A program made the position numbers and the translations under genes. 64,000 nucleotides of DNA from the human T2T-CHM13v2.0 reference genome, Homo sapiens, in the NCBI RefSeq assembly GCF_009914755.1, contig NC_060929.1, one strand, 5' to 3'. Below the pieces are notes generated by a model. It was not told where the DNA came from. It ran no database searches and saw only the letters and a program-made list of their open reading frames with translations. Shown piece by piece: positions 46,240-62,246 of the stretch. Each line of letters opens with the position of its first letter. Position 1 is the first letter of the stretch.

Positions 46240-46722
46240 GTGCCTATTAGGATTAGGTTTGCTTGTGTAAAACAAAAACCCAATACAATAGATTCACCAA
46301 AGAAGAGTTTATCTTTCTCACATGACAGGAGGCTGCAAGAGCATTCAGGGCTGTCTTGTGACTTCTCCAGAGCCATCAGGGTCTTCGGCTTCTTTTAGCT
46401 TTCAGATCCCCCAGGCTGAGCCTGTGACTTGGGGCTTCCTGCTCACTAGACGGCTGTTTTTTCTTTCAGCATCCTGTATGAGTTCCATGCACAAAAAAAG
46501 GGGGGAAAGGATAAAGGGGAAAAGCAAATGCCAACTGAATTGACCCCTTTAACACATTTTCCTGCAGCCCTTTGCAGGAATGTCTGCTTAGCTTACTAAA
46601 CATACCTGGGACTCTGGGGATGTAAGTGTTTTTAATCAGTTAGACTGTTTCTAAAATAAAATTGGGTTCTTTTCATAAGGATAACAGGGAGGTGAGACTG
46701 GCATCTAACAGTGTCTTGTCAC
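46240..46722 (-). mobile_element. Old MLT1 (J/K-like) LTR
   Basis: attaggattaggtttgcttgtgtaaaacaaaaaccc...taaaattgggttct...ctaacagtgtcttgtcaca. Confidence 0.55.
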
Positions 46723-46824
46723 AATATGGCAGCATTTGGTGCTCTAGGAAAGAGCCCTGGGAGCCCATGATTTTAGGGTCATGGTGATTCACCCCACCTC
46801 TGGGTAACCGAGTCTACAGCACCA

Positions 46825-47109
46825 GTCTTCTGTCATGTTTCCCCTCTCCTCACACACCCTCCCTCATATGTGTCTCCCTCCTGAACTAGAACCCTACCCT
46901 GAACCACAGTCACTCTCCAAAGTCCCTCTCCTGCTCCTGCCTCAGCCTCTCTCACCACCACATCAGGGTTCTATTGTCTTTGGACCAGATCCCGGTACTG
47001 GTCAGTGTGCTGCCTGGTCTCTGCCTGAATCAGTGTGTGGCATCCTTGCCTGCAGCCCTCTGGCTCCCAGCTGCACCTCCTTGAATGTGAGACTGTCCAG
47101 TTCATGTCT
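46825..47109 (-). repeat. Inverted copy of 42929-43530, lacking the AluJ
   Basis: Reverse complement agacatgaactggacag...cagagaccaggcagcacactgaccagtacc...gtgaggagaggggaa aligns across the empty Alu site. Confidence 0.9.
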
Positions 47110-47905
47110 GAACTTGTCCAGAGGATGACCAAAGACCTGTTTCTACAGTCAGGTTGGTTTCAGTACCCAGGAGTCAGGAAAAGAGGATCTAATGTCTTGT
47201 GGTAACAAAGTTCCAGAATGCTTTGCATTTGGCCCTCTTGGGGCTGGATGTACTACCATACTTGGAGCTGAAGTGAGGTAGCTTTCATCCCCCATCTCAC
47301 ATCACCTGACTGCTGAAGTGGCATCCAAGATGTCCGGGAGGTAGGATTTCAGGGGGCCAGAAGGCATGTCATTCTCATCTAGGCTGACTGTTGTGTTTTA
47401 TTCATGAGAAACAGAGGTCTAGAAAGGTGGGATTAATTTCTCTAAAGGAAGAAGAGCTGCACCCACACATATGGGATCTCAGCCATGCAGCCCATAGGAG
47501 GTATGTCGGGGTGAGCTAGGTGTCTGAGACACTGCTGGGATTCTTCCCAGAGCCCTCTCCCAGCCTCCTTCACTACCAAGAAGGCAGAGGGAAGGGTGTG
47601 AGGGTTGCTACCGAGAGGATTTCCACATTCCTAACAAGGAGAGCATTTTGGTGGAGAGTTGAGAAGACAGAACCTCAGGTGAGTCTGGTGCTGTGTGATT
47701 GAATAGAGAGAAATCCAGACATTAATGGTTCCAGGGCACAAATAGGAGGTCCAGGGCAATGTGGAAATTGTTCGAGGTGCTCAGGGTTGCATAAAAGAAG
47801 GAACAGTAATGGCAGGTAACATCCATTGAGCACCTACTGTGGGCCAGACACTCTTATTAGAGCTTTACCTGAATCAACTGACTGCTCATAGCAGCCCTGT
47901 GAGTT

Positions 47906-48200
47906 CAGTATTGAAGGCCCACAATCCTATATCCAAAATCCTTGAGGCCAAATGTGTTTCCAATACTGAATTGTTCATATCATAGAAAAACAATATGGTG
48001 CCTACACTGTGTATTGTGTAATGATTCCCAGAGGGGTCTAGGGCAGCACTTAGTAAACAAGCACATGGACATTTCTGCAGCCAGTGGGCTAGACAAAGCC
48101 CACCAAAACCATCACATTGAATGTGACACCAAATAAGTTTGAGTATGCCACTTATGAAAAAGCTTTTGGTTTTCTGGGCTTTGGGGATTTCAGAGCTTTC
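47906..48200. mobile_element. Old Tigger-type nonautonomous fragment within a MIR
   Basis: ggcccacaatcctatatccaaaatccttgaggccaaatgtgtttc...aaaaagcttttggttttc. Confidence 0.45.
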
Positions 48201-51200
48201 AATCTACATCCTTATCCTGATTTTCCAGAGAAGAATACTGGCAGTGTGGCTCCAGCATCTGCGCTGTTAACTATTTTGTTCTGCTGCCTGATGACAATGC
48301 GCATGTATCATACCCTGCACATCCCATGTCGCTGTGATATATGTGGCTTCGTCCAGTCCTCGAGGAAAGACTGAGGAAGGGGGAGCAAACTCTGGTACAT
48401 CTCTTTAACAAGTGGTGAAATCGAGGCTCACAAGAGTGGTATCTTGTTCAAGGGCACACAGTGGATGGATAGAGCCACAATCCAAAGCAAAGTGCAGGTC
48501 TGCAGGCTCCTGGCTCCCCTGACTACCTGATTCCTGTGCTATTGGGTATGTTCCTTAGAAATTATTTGAAGGAAGAGTAATAGGAAGAGAAATGTTATTA
48601 TAATATTTGTGGCACTTGGAAGAATAGGTTCGCAGTGGTGGCAGAATCAAAAACATGGAAACCGATGCTAACTTTTTGAATGAATTGTAGAAGAGGAGAA
48701 CGTGGTGTGTTTTTATCATCCCCAAAGGAACCAAAAGGTTCTAACCAGTCGAGCAAGAGACGTGACAGCATCTGCAGCATTTGTTCTCTGAGACCACGAT
48801 GATCTCTCTCACAACTGGGGTTATCTGAGGTCTCCTGCCTATCTCCAAGGGTGGCTGAGGAAGCAAACAAGCAACAAAACATTGTCCTGATGACTGAAAG
48901 GTGAGGGGCAGGAAGCCTCTGCTGTTGTGTCCCAGGGACCTTAGACTAAATGTCAGAAAGCCTCAGCCTCAGAGAGTCTTGAGAAGAGTTGTCTGTGCTA
49001 TTCAGAAAGGTGTCAGAGGAGAGAGCTGCAGCCTCCCGGTCTCCCTGAGACCCCAGAGCAGTCAGCCTCCAGAGGGAATAGGTGAGCGATGCAGAGGATG
49101 CTGGTTCTATCTTTGTGCTCAGAACACATGTAGCCCTAGTGTGGACAGGAGAACAGGCAGGGGTTGGAACAGTGGGGGAGTCAGGTGGCCCTGGGTGATC
49201 CTGGGAAGGATGGAGGTAGGAGGGACCTGGGAAGAACTTCAGGACTCTTCCATCTCTCACATCACCACATCGCAGTGCTCGCACTCCAGCAGGAATCTCT
49301 GCAGATGTTTCCTCTTCTGGCTTATAGCTATAGTTTTTCTTTCATGACCAACTGGCAGCTACCTACATGGTATTACTTAAGGGCACCAAAAAGTCCTTTT
49401 GGTATATCACAAATATCTCATCATTAGAGGGACTCCTTTGTACTGATGCAAAAGGGACTCCTGATGCAAGAGGGACTCCTTTGACTCTGCAAAAGACATG
49501 GAAGGATTTTGTGAAAGAAATGCCTTACATATGCCACCTATCTATCCAGAATGGTCTCTCCTGGCTTTTCCATCTGTTAAATTTCCACTCATCTTTCAGA
49601 CCTTCCCCAGACCTGTGGCTCTTTCCTGAATGCCCGCAATAGTATTCCTATATCCACCTCTATTAGAACTGCTGCCACTCTGTAATATTGTTCTGTTTAC
49701 AGATTGGTCTTACCCACTGGATAGGGGCTATAATACAACTCACAAGGGCTAAATTGGGCAATATATGTAAAGTGCTTAGCACAGAGTAGACATCAAGCAA
49801 ATAACAGTTATCTTATCTGGCCTTCTGTCAATTATTCAATTGAACTGTTTCTAATATTCACTACTTTCCTTCCTGCTTCCCTAGCACCATACTAATACAT
49901 TCCTCTATTACTTTAAGAGCTTCGTAACTGCCCTCTGTGCCTCTAATATCTTTCTTTTAACTTTTATGTTTCTTACAGGCTGCTGGCTAATGAATTCCCC
50001 TAAGATATTTCTGTCTTTATATTCTTCCACTATTCAAGGACTGCAGTGGCTCCCAGTGTTCCACTGCATTAGCTCCAAACTCCCAGCAGCATGTCCAACA
50101 GTCCATTTGCTCCCCACAGACCAAAGCCCTTACCAATGCTTTGCAGGTGACCCAGTCCCCCCATGCACCAAATGTGCTGTGCTAATGACTTGCTCCAGGA
50201 CCTCTGTTCTCACCTTCTAACCCACAATGTGCTCCTTACTCCACACCATCTTCCAAATCCCTCCTTCCAGATGTAGCTTACGTTGGATATGATCCACGAA
50301 TCAATTACATACTTTAAGTAGTCAATTAATAATCACACACTGAGTAGTGCAGCAGGGGAAAGTATAAAGGAGACCCTCTGAGCTCTCAGGAGCTGAAGTC
50401 CACATGGAGGCTCACTGCATACTCACATCCAGTATCATTAACTTCTCAAGATAAATGCCAAGTGTAACCTACGTTTGGCTGGCCCTCTCCTTGACCTGAT
50501 ACCTTAGGACTGCAGTTGCCTGGAAAGTTTCGCCTAAGCATTTCTGAAAGTTGAAAAAGGTGTCTCATGTGAGGTCATCAATAAATCCTTGCAGCTTCTC
50601 TATCAGTTAGGCATTCTTTTGGCCCTAAGTAATAGAGCATCCGATAGTGTCTCCAGCAACAAAAATATTAAATGTCTCACAACGGGAGAAATCTGGAGGC
50701 AAGCAGATGCAAAGCTTAATGTGGGTTTAAGAATGACTGATAAATGGCAAAGTTGACTAAACTGGGGCTATGAGGTTATAGGCCTTTAAATTCTCCCTGA
50801 CTACTGAAAGAATATGTTCCGGAGACAGGCATGTACATAGGGGAGAAGACGGGAAATAAGGAATCCAGTGACCCGGTTGCAGATAAGAAAGAATATGAGC
50901 ACTGATCTTTCAGGGAATACGTAAACTAGGTTGGTACTTAAAAAAAAAGGATGTCTACTATGCTTGACATTCTACCACATTGGTAGTCAATTGAAAAAAA
51001 CAAACAAGGGGAGTATGGGCACTTTTATTGCACTATACTTTCCTATCTTCTTTTTCTTCCTAGACTCCTAATATCTGTGTATATATTTAAAAACTCTGTT
51101 ATGTGGTCAATAATCAGAGCTTTAAAGAATCAATGTCCACATATTGTGGATATTGTGTGGCTGCTGGTTAGATTGTCAGTCACATTGTTGACGGCCTACC

Positions 51201-51458
51201 CAGCAGTCATTCCCTTCTTTTTTCTTCTTAATAGAACTCAAATGTTCTTTAGGTCTGAAGCCAGCCCTGTGCAGCTGTGTATCTCAGAAAGGTTGAGCCT
51301 CCCTGGATGGATTCTGGCAACGTCCTTAAGGACCCAGGCTCTTTTCAACCTTTGGCTTCACCATTTTGGCCTCTTGGCCTTTCATCCTCCTGCTTGTACT
51401 TCACAGCCTCTAGACAGCTGTCATCACTGAAGGCATCAGGAGTGATTGAAAGGTATGA

Positions 51459-52104
<646 letters not shown>

Positions 52105-53899
52105 TTTCTATGGGTGCTGCCACAACTTCCTCCGGGGACCACTGTTTCCCTAAGGAACTGCCCCCACAGGTGGCCTGGAGACCTCAAAATGCCACAGCAC
52201 CAGGATGTTCAATGAGAAGGTTGCCCTGAACACCTCTCTTCCCCTTTTGTTTTACTATGTTCATGCAATCCCAAAGAAAAGTCACTTGTGCCTCACTGTC
52301 TTAATACATGTTCAATGAAACATCTTTTTATTTAGCTTTTAGCCACTCCTCTTTGAGACTCAGCCCTGAGTTCTGGGGGTGGAGCTGAGCCAGAATAAAA
52401 ATGCAAATGCAGACACGTTGCCATTCCCAGTTTCGCCTTTGCCCTCTGGAACCAAGGTTTAGCCAGCCTTGTCTGTCTGCCTCGACTCTGACCTTTTTCA
52501 GGGCACTCCAGTCCTGCTCTCTTAAGCAGCATGTTTTTAGTTCATGCAAACAGACCTACCCAGCTGTCTGTCTACACAGGCATGTCAGAATCTTCCAAGT
52601 AGGTGCGTCTTAGTCTCAGAAGAGATGCGTGCATTGTGTGCTCTTCAGAGGAGGGACAAAAAGCCTTCACTTCTTGAGGCAGTCTTCATGGAAATTAGGA
52701 TTTGGCTTGGTCCTCAAAAGGAAGGGGAGGGACAAGTCAAAAGGCAAAAAGAGGATATGGCTGGCAAACAGGGCTAAGTGGGTTTTCAGGAGATTGAGGA
52801 GACCAAGACTGAAGCAGGGATTGCCTGCTATAAAGTTGGGAAATGAGATTGAGTACATTCTGGGCCAGATTATGGAAGACACTGCAAGTAAGAAATGACA
52901 GTATGTTTGATTTAATAGGAAAGAGAGCCCAGTTAAATGTGAATAGAAAGAAATATTTCAGATGATATGATGTAGGCTTGTTTTTACACTTCCCCTCATT
53001 ATTCCCCAGTGTAAAGGTAGATCCCTTAAAGACAAACACAGTACCCTTTGTTGAAGATATGCCCTCTTCTGCCAGTTAGGAAATCTGAGCCTTTAACAGA
53101 ATTTACTATTTCTAGCCAAAGTCTTTAGCTCCTGGAGTAAACAGTAAGATCACCTAGTATTGGAGAAAAAACCTATTTTATTCTTCAATATTAAAATTAA
53201 CATCAACTTTAACTCAAACACAAGGATGTTCCAGGGCAACTTTCATCCTTACTAATTCTCTGACAGCCACTTCCTTCCTCCTGGGCCCGGGCTTGTTTAC
53301 AGGGGATCTTCTGGGTGTGTGTAGTTTCCTCCCCATTTCCCACCCACTGATCAACACAGTGCTGGCCTTCAACCACTTAACCCCTGCAACACACGCAGGA
53401 TTTTCTTGCCCAACGAATTGAGTGCACCCTGTTTTCTAGTTACACTGTTCTGAGAACAGTACAATTGAGCTCCCCCAAAGTAAATCCCCTCCCCTTTATG
53501 TACCTTGTCTCTCAATGGTCCCTTCCCTATCCAGGGGTCTGGTGACCTCTATCCCTAACATCCTGCTTTAAACCCTGCCCTGAAAAGGATATGATTAACT
53601 ATTTCACATAATGCCTGGAGATGCTCACATGGGGGTGGGGAGGAACCTGGAAAATTGAGATACACAAAAAAATACAATACAGCCCTCTTCTAAGACCTTT
53701 TCTTCTCCCTTAAAAAGAAACCCCCAAAACTCAGGAGGTGAGGGGATGAGGTAGGGTCAGGGGAGGATTCCTTGTTACTTCTGTTTTTCTTGAAATTTTT
53801 CCACTGTGACATTCACATGTTTACTAGGATGTAAATGGTCACCACAGGTCAATATGTGATTGTTCCAGCAAAACAGGAAAGAAGTCATGTCTAACATAA

Positions 53900-54340
53900 G
53901 TGAATCTCACAGATGACAAATATTGCATGTGCTGATTCATATGTGGGAGCTGAAAAAGTTGGTCTCATGGAGGTGGAAAGTAGAATGATGGTAACCGGAG
54001 GCTGGGAAGGAGTGGGTTTGGGGTGGGCGTGGGGAGGTGGAGATGAGGAGAGTTTGGTAAATGGGTACAATCATACAGTTGGATAGAAGGAATAAGTTTT
54101 AATGTTTGACAGCCAAGTAGGGTGGCTAGAGTTCACAACAACATATCATATATTTCAAAATAGCTGGAAGAGAGGACTTGAAATGTTCCCAACACATAGA
54201 AATGATCAATGTTCATGGTGATGGATTCCCTAAATGCCTTGACTTGACCATTACACATTCTGTACATGTAACAAAATATCACATGCAAGCCATAAATATG
54301 TACAAATATTATATATCAATAAAAAGTAGAAAAAAAATAA
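53900..54340 (+). mobile_element. L1MA (MA6/7-like) 3' end
   Basis: tatttcaaaatagctggaagagaggacttgaaatgttcccaacac...atcaataaaaa. Confidence 0.85.
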
Positions 54341-54350
54341 GTAAAGCTCA

Positions 54351-54735
<385 letters not shown>

Positions 54736-54909
54736 TCAGGCTTTGCTGAAGGCCAGAGTGCTCCTTGCATGGTCCTTTAGCTTCCAACCCTTCACTTCGG
54801 TCATCAGAAGGATCTTTCTAATGCAGTTACTGTTATTTTCCCACATGTTTACTCAGGAACAGATAATACATATACATGGCACAGAATTCAAAATACCTCA
54901 CATGATTGA

Positions 54910-55277
<368 letters not shown>

Positions 55278-56349
55278 CAATCAGTTTCTTAAATATCCAT
55301 CTTCCAGAGATGTCTATGCATTTTCAAAAGTAGAGTCAGAGTTATTTGGAAGTCTTTGATAGGCTTATTTGCTTATTTTTTCAGATATATCACATCCATG
55401 TGGTTCAAAAATTAACAAATTTAAGAGATAACCAGTGAAAAGTCACGCACCCAGCCCTGTTCCTAGCCTTCTTCCTGGTTTCCATGCTATACCACCACTT
55501 CCCCCACCCCATCAGGTAACTTTTGTTATGTTCTTGTGAATCAGTGCAGACGTTTTAAAGGCACATGCAACCAAATGCAATTCCTATCCCCCCTTTAAAG
55601 CGGTTCTTTAACTTGGGACTCTATAAAGACAACAAAAAGAATTATTTGAATAAGCAAACTATGCATTAATAGAATTAACTCTATGACTTTATGAAGCAGT
55701 CAAGCTCATATATATATTGCATATTTGTAGCTTGTTTTACATATATATTTACATATAATATAAATATATATAATATGTATATATGTGTGTATTATATATA
55801 AAACAAACTACAAATAATAAACAAATTTAACTGCCTGGGTTTCCTTCACTTCAGAATATTGTGATCCCCTTAAAAGGGACCCTCCCCGACTATTGAAAGT
55901 ACTTAAAAATTAATATTACCTGAGCCCCTACCAATCAGAACAGAAGCCCAGTTAATCAGAATCGCTGCCAACAGTGCATACAAGGGTACCTGGTGTACCA
56001 CACAGCTGGGTCCTGCTACCCATGAGGCCTATTTGCCCCTGGAGCAGCCCGTGAGATTCTAGGACCAAGATGACTTACCACCTATGTCGGTCTATAGTTT
56101 TGCCTGCCACACGCAAGGGTGGTGTTCGTAGAGCACTGTGGCTTCTGATGGGAGGAAGGAACTCTGCTCAGAGCCCTATCGTTCTGAGGACCACCTTATG
56201 TAGGGGGTTCCTTGGTTTCCCCCTGGCTCCAGCATCCTGGATTTTATGTAATCATTGCATTTTCTCTCATGAATTGGCCCATGTAACATGCTTTGTAGAT
56301 TACTGCTGAGTTTACCTATTTGGGAGGCGAATCTAGAGAAGAATGTCCC

Positions 56350-57080
56350 AATTGCAAGCTTGGGATCAACTGTGCCCCTGGGGCATTGGCTCCTGCTCTA
56401 CTTCTTGAAAGGCCTTCCCCACGCAGCCCTGAATTTTGAAGTCCCACCCGTCCTTTAAAATCCAATTCAAGTGTTTCCTGAAAACAGTTCAGCTCTATCA
56501 TTCGAACGTGTGTCTTCTTCTTCTTGGCCGCTTATTGCTATTTCTATCATACCATCACATTCTGCAGACAGTTGCATTCCAGCTGTAATTATATTTGTTT
56601 TTCCCTGCCATAAGACTGCATATTTTGTGATCTTGGCTATTTATCTTTGTGGTCCCATGGCATAGCTTAGCAAGGTGCTCAGTACACAGTAGGAGCTCAA
56701 TAAATATTTTTTTAAATAGAATTGATTGTTTGGTTCAGTCCTCATTCTTAGCATAACTAGATGGCGTAGGGCATAAAAGGAGAGGGGAAGTGCTGAAAAT
56801 CGCTTACTTGACAAGTTGGGTTTTTTTGTTTGTTTGTTTTTGCTTTTGCTTTTTAAGAGGCTTTCAATACGGACAGCATAGCAGGATGGTGAAGACCTCA
56901 GTCATCTCTGGCCTTGACATAGCCCAGATCCGCACTGAAATTACTATTATCTTGGGCAAGCTATTTGACCTCTCTAAACTTCAGTTTTCTCAACTGTAAA
57001 ATAAGGATGAGAATAATAATGCCTACCTTATGAACTAGTTAGCACAGTGGCTGGCAGTAAACGTTCAATCATTATCATTT
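56350..57080 (+). mobile_element. L2 3' end (to ~56720) followed by MIR (~56870-57080)
   Basis: cacagtaggagctcaataaatattt; cttgggcaagctatttgacctctctaaacttcagttttctcaactgtaaaat. Confidence 0.65.
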
Positions 57081-57741
57081 TTAATAGTTTTTATTAGGAT
57101 GACTGTCTCTATCATCCATCTCTGTTTACACATGGCCAGAAAGCTTTGACAATAGCAGCTGAAAACAGGAGCGCTTTGAACCAAGGCTCAGACCATTTCC
57201 ACTCCCAAGCTGCTATTTGCTTGGAAGGAGGGAAATTAAAAAGCTATTAATGAAACCTCAGTGAGCCTTCATTTCCCACTGGGGAAGCTGGCTGAATAAT
57301 TGTGAAAGTTTTGTTCAAGTCTGTTCTTTGGTTCAAAAATACACATTCTCATTTCTAAGCTGACACCAATACTAGGAGCCATGGGGCACAGTTTTAAATT
57401 TACTATTTCCTACAATACATGAGTGTTCTTAAAATATAATTTTAAAAAATCTGTCCAATTATCTCATTTTAGTCTCTAACAGAATGACAGTTAAGCTTAA
57501 ATATTATGAAGGAAAGTTTTCCAACATGAAGAAACTACAAGGAACACTCAGATAGCAAAGGGACATGGAAAATTTACAATTTCTAAAGCTAACTTTTCAG
57601 TTAGACTGCAAATACCGTAAAACCTTGCAAAAGTTCAGGAAGCAGAGACTTAACAACTGGAAATTGCTTATCAGTTGTGCTGGAAATTTCCACTGCTTCT
57701 TTTGCTGTGGAAGGGGCTGTACAGTGGGGAAGTACTGTCTC

Positions 57742-57744
<3 letters not shown>

Positions 57745-57779
<35 letters not shown>
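57745..57779. repeat. (GT)n microsatellite, about 17 units
   Basis: Direct reading. Confidence 0.97.
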
Positions 57780-57782
<3 letters not shown>

Positions 57783-58255
57783 CCTCTTCAGCAACCCTTC
57801 GCAATGCTGTGTCATGTTCTGTTTTCCTTCCAGCTTCCTCTGTCTTCCAGCATTTCCTGCAGTCACCAGAGGGCCCTTGCGTGGCTTGTTTTCCATATGA
57901 TCAATGTTCTGTGGTACATGTCTCTACTCCCACTATCTGACTATTAATACCTCCATTGCAGATGCATTATTATACTTATTAATGAAACCGTGTTTAGAAA
58001 AGCATAATAAGATATATATTGGCTTGTATCAACAAAGGAAATATTAATCCAAGTCAGTTGACAGTTTATGCAGAATGATAGTTCAAACCCTTAGGAACCC
58101 AGGATAGCACTTGAACCGAAGCCCTTTTTTAAATTATAGATGATGAAATTGAAGCACAGAGAAAAGAAGCAATGTTCCCAAGGTCACATAGCTAATTAGA
58201 AAGTCTGGCTTTAGGATTAAAAATGTATGGTCAACCACATAAAGAATAGAGTGGT

Positions 58256-58562
<307 letters not shown>

Positions 58563-59632
58563 TTACCTACTATAGTCATGGCCTGCAAATTAAGAAACAG
58601 CATGGTTCTTTTCCTTAGGGAGTCATGTTTGGGAAACAAAAATATCAATATGGCATGTTTAAATTCTATTTGGGAAGCAGCACCACTAAGACAAACATTG
58701 CAGAACTTAAATACCAATATAAGTGTGGACAAAAAGAATAGACACGCCTCCATAAGTGTCTACCTTTTCTCTAGGAGCATGCCGACCAGGGTGAAGACTA
58801 CAGCTAAATCACAGGTGGTTGTGGGTGTGGTCGAGAATAGGAAAATGGCACATCCTGGAACTGTAGGGGCCAGTTTGTCTAGGGCTAATATGAGGGCCAG
58901 TCTAGGGGAGAGCTGTGGAGTAGAAGTTTGGCTAAAGGGGAAAGAATGGAAAAGAGGCAGGAAGGTACCTGTCTGACCTGCTGGGGCTGCTGTCTTGGTC
59001 TTTGGGGAACTGACTGAAGTGTCAGGAAATGTTCTGCTTTCCTCTCTGGGCAATTACTACATGAAACAACTTCTGGAGCTCTTCGTATTGCTCTGGGAAC
59101 ATGGTTCCCTGCGGTTGGTGGGGAGGCTACAGGCTTTCCTGGTCGGGGGTACCTCCCAGGGCCAATCTCGCAAAGGCACAGCGAGGGACCTAGCTGGAAG
59201 CACATTCAGAATCATTCTTTCAGGTTGAGGGGCGTGTTGCAGTTGGCAGGCTGGCTCTGCACAGGGATGGCCCCGGGTTAGTACTGCAGATTCCGTCTGC
59301 CATCAGCTTTAAACTTTCCTCCAAATCAAGTCGGGATTATCAGCTGTGTGACAGGAAATGGCTGTGGTCTGCAATTGTAAGTGGATCTGCACATCAACCT
59401 TTTCAAAACCTTCCCAGACCTCCACTCACCACCAAAGGAAAAGAATATTCACCCACCAGCAGCAACAGCAGCAGCAGCCCCTAGACACCTGAAATTCTCC
59501 CCCATGATAAAGTCATTTCCTGGGATTAAGTTTATCTCATACCTCCAGAGAGAAAAACTGAAGCTCAGAAAGGGTAGGCAGCTCATTGAGAGAATCGGCA
59601 TTTGGATCTGGATTTTCAACATGGATGCCAGT

Positions 59633-59638
59633 GTTTTG

Positions 59639-59669
<31 letters not shown>
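59633..59669. repeat. (GTTTT)n simple repeat
   Basis: Direct reading. Confidence 0.9.
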
Positions 59670-60457
59670 CTACTCATCAGCACAGCTCCTATTGCTTCAC
59701 TGTGAATTTATCAGGCCAGCTCTTGTGCGTGAGGAGAGGGAAAAAGGGGGCAGACTGTGGATGGGCAGCGCAGGGACACTTAGAGGTGCAGGAGAAGCAT
59801 CATTTCAGCCTAAGCTACAGCTAGCCAGAGCAAAATTAAAAATTCATTAGTGTTTGCCTCCTGCTATCCTGTTTTCCTCTGGAAGGATTGGGTTGTATCC
59901 CCCTCAGGGATATTTCTGAAGGAAGTTGGATAGCTTGGGCTATCCCAAAGACTCTAAAAAGACTTTCCTTAGCACCAATGGCCTAATGAGGTTTTTACAA
60001 AGGCCACATTTGACCAAGAGGTGGATGAATATGACATATACAAGATTCTTTCTGTCAGTGACAGAAACCCAAATCAAACCAAAATAAGCAAAAAATAAAT
60101 GTATTGGTTCACTCAACTGGAAAGAACGGGGACCTCAAGAGTGACTAGACTCAGAAATTTAGAGGATGCTTTCAGATCTCTGTCCATTTCAATGCCCTGC
60201 TTCTGTCTGGATTGGCCTCATTCTCTCCGACTAAATATGAGCTCCTGCAGATGGCTGCAGGCCTACATTATTCCAGTTAGTGACCCTGGAGGAAGCAGAG
60301 AGCGGCCACCTTCCAGTGTCATACTGAAAATTTCAGGGCAGGGCTCTGAATAGCTCTGTTTTAGTCAGATATCCAGCCTCTGAACCAACCACTGCAGCAA
60401 ATTTCATGAAATACTCAAATTGGCCAGACTGGGATGTGTATTTGCTTATGGGATGAG

Positions 60458-60922
60458 GGTAGTCAAGTTCCCAGCAGTAAATAGATGGCTCACTCAGACT
60501 AAGGAACTTCAAAATCGTTCAATGACAGGACCGCTCACAAAGGTTGCCAGCATCCAAGGAAGCCAGCCAAGGGAGTGCAGAATCTCAAGGCTGGAAAGCT
60601 CTTACCATCCTGAAGCCTGAGGGTCAAGGGGACGGGGAAGTTCCTGGAACGAGGAGAGGTAACCATATGGAAAGCCTCCCTGACAGACAGATGCTGTGGC
60701 CTTCAGTAGAAAAGCGCAGCCAACTGTCCCCAAGCTGGCAGAGAAATCACTAGGAGAAAAAAATATCTCTACCTCCCTCTTCTTCCTTCCTCCAGTCTCC
60801 TGCCAAAAGCTTTCATGCTCAAACCCAAAGGGAAGCCAGAGAGAATGGGACCCCTTGATGCATCCGTGCCAGCCAGGAAGGTGTAGAGAGGATCTGAAAG
60901 GGCAGTTAGAATATATTCAATA
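60458..60922 (-). mobile_element. LTR33-like ERVL LTR, preceded by an MLT1 fragment (~60030-60450)
   Basis: Reverse complement tgccctttcagatcctctctacacc...tgcatcaaggggtcccattctctctggcttccctttgggtttg. Confidence 0.6.
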
Positions 60923-61566
60923 GAGTACTATGATTGACATCCCCAGCATGAATAAAGAATCTTGAAGAGAAGACTTACAAAGGAAAAGCAGGTTGCTCCT
61001 ACCATAAAAAGGGAGAAAAGTGCTGAGCAGTTCAACATAACAAACACCCATTACAAATTATAGGGAAGGAGCCTGTGCCCAGGGCCTGAGCATGATAATT
61101 TTACAACCAGATAAAGGCTCTGAGATCCAAAAGACATCACTGCCAGGCAGAAGTCCATAGGACTGGAAGACCTGACTCTGTCACCAATGCTCTGCCCATC
61201 AGAGCCCACTATAATCTCTCTCTCCTCTCAGTACCCACCCACTCACAGCAGAAGCCCTCTGGGCACTGCCATTTGTGCCACTGCATTGCTTGATCTCTGT
61301 TTTTACATAGGCCTTAATTCCTCAACTAGGTTTAAAACTGGCATCCAGCCTAGGGATTCATACCAAACAGATGTTTCACAAATTTGGGCAATAAAACACT
61401 GCTGACTCTAGGCAGAGAAAAAGTGTGACTTTTTTTCAGGTCTTTGAGCTCTATGTCTCCTTTTTTTTTTTTTTTTTTTACTCTCATTAAATAAGTAATG
61501 CAAGATAGAGGATAAAATGGGTCTAGTTTGGGGGCTGGTAAAATGGTGCAATTAAAAAATTTTAAA

Positions 61567-61886
<320 letters not shown>

Positions 61887-62009
61887 TCAGTGGCTTGGGC
61901 ATTGGGAGACCAAGGCAATGGCCCAGCCCCAGTAAACTGTGTGGCTCACGAGGCCTGTCATTCACTCTCTCTGGGTCTTGGATTCTCTTCCCTACTAATT
62001 GAGATGCTT

Positions 62010-62246
62010 CAGTGGCTTATCAGCTTCAGTGCTATTGATATTCTGGGCTGCATAATTCTTTCACGGGGGCAGGGGCTGCCTGTGCATTGTAAGGTGCTTA
62101 GCCACATTCCTGGCCTCTACCCACTAGATGCCAGCAGCAACCTCCACCCCCACCCCACCAAGTATGACAAACAGAAATGTCTCCAGAGATTGCCAAAAAT
62201 GCCCTGGGGACAAAATTATACCTCCCTCTTCTCTTGAAAACCACTG
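62010..62246. mobile_element. MER20
   Basis: cagtggc...ctggcctctacccactagatgccagcagca...tgtctccagagattgccaaa...aaccactg. Confidence 0.85.

Noticed and set aside
54014-54034. G-quadruplex motif GGGtttGGGGtGGGcgtGGGG
   Set aside because: This is the normal G-rich tract of an L1 3'UTR.
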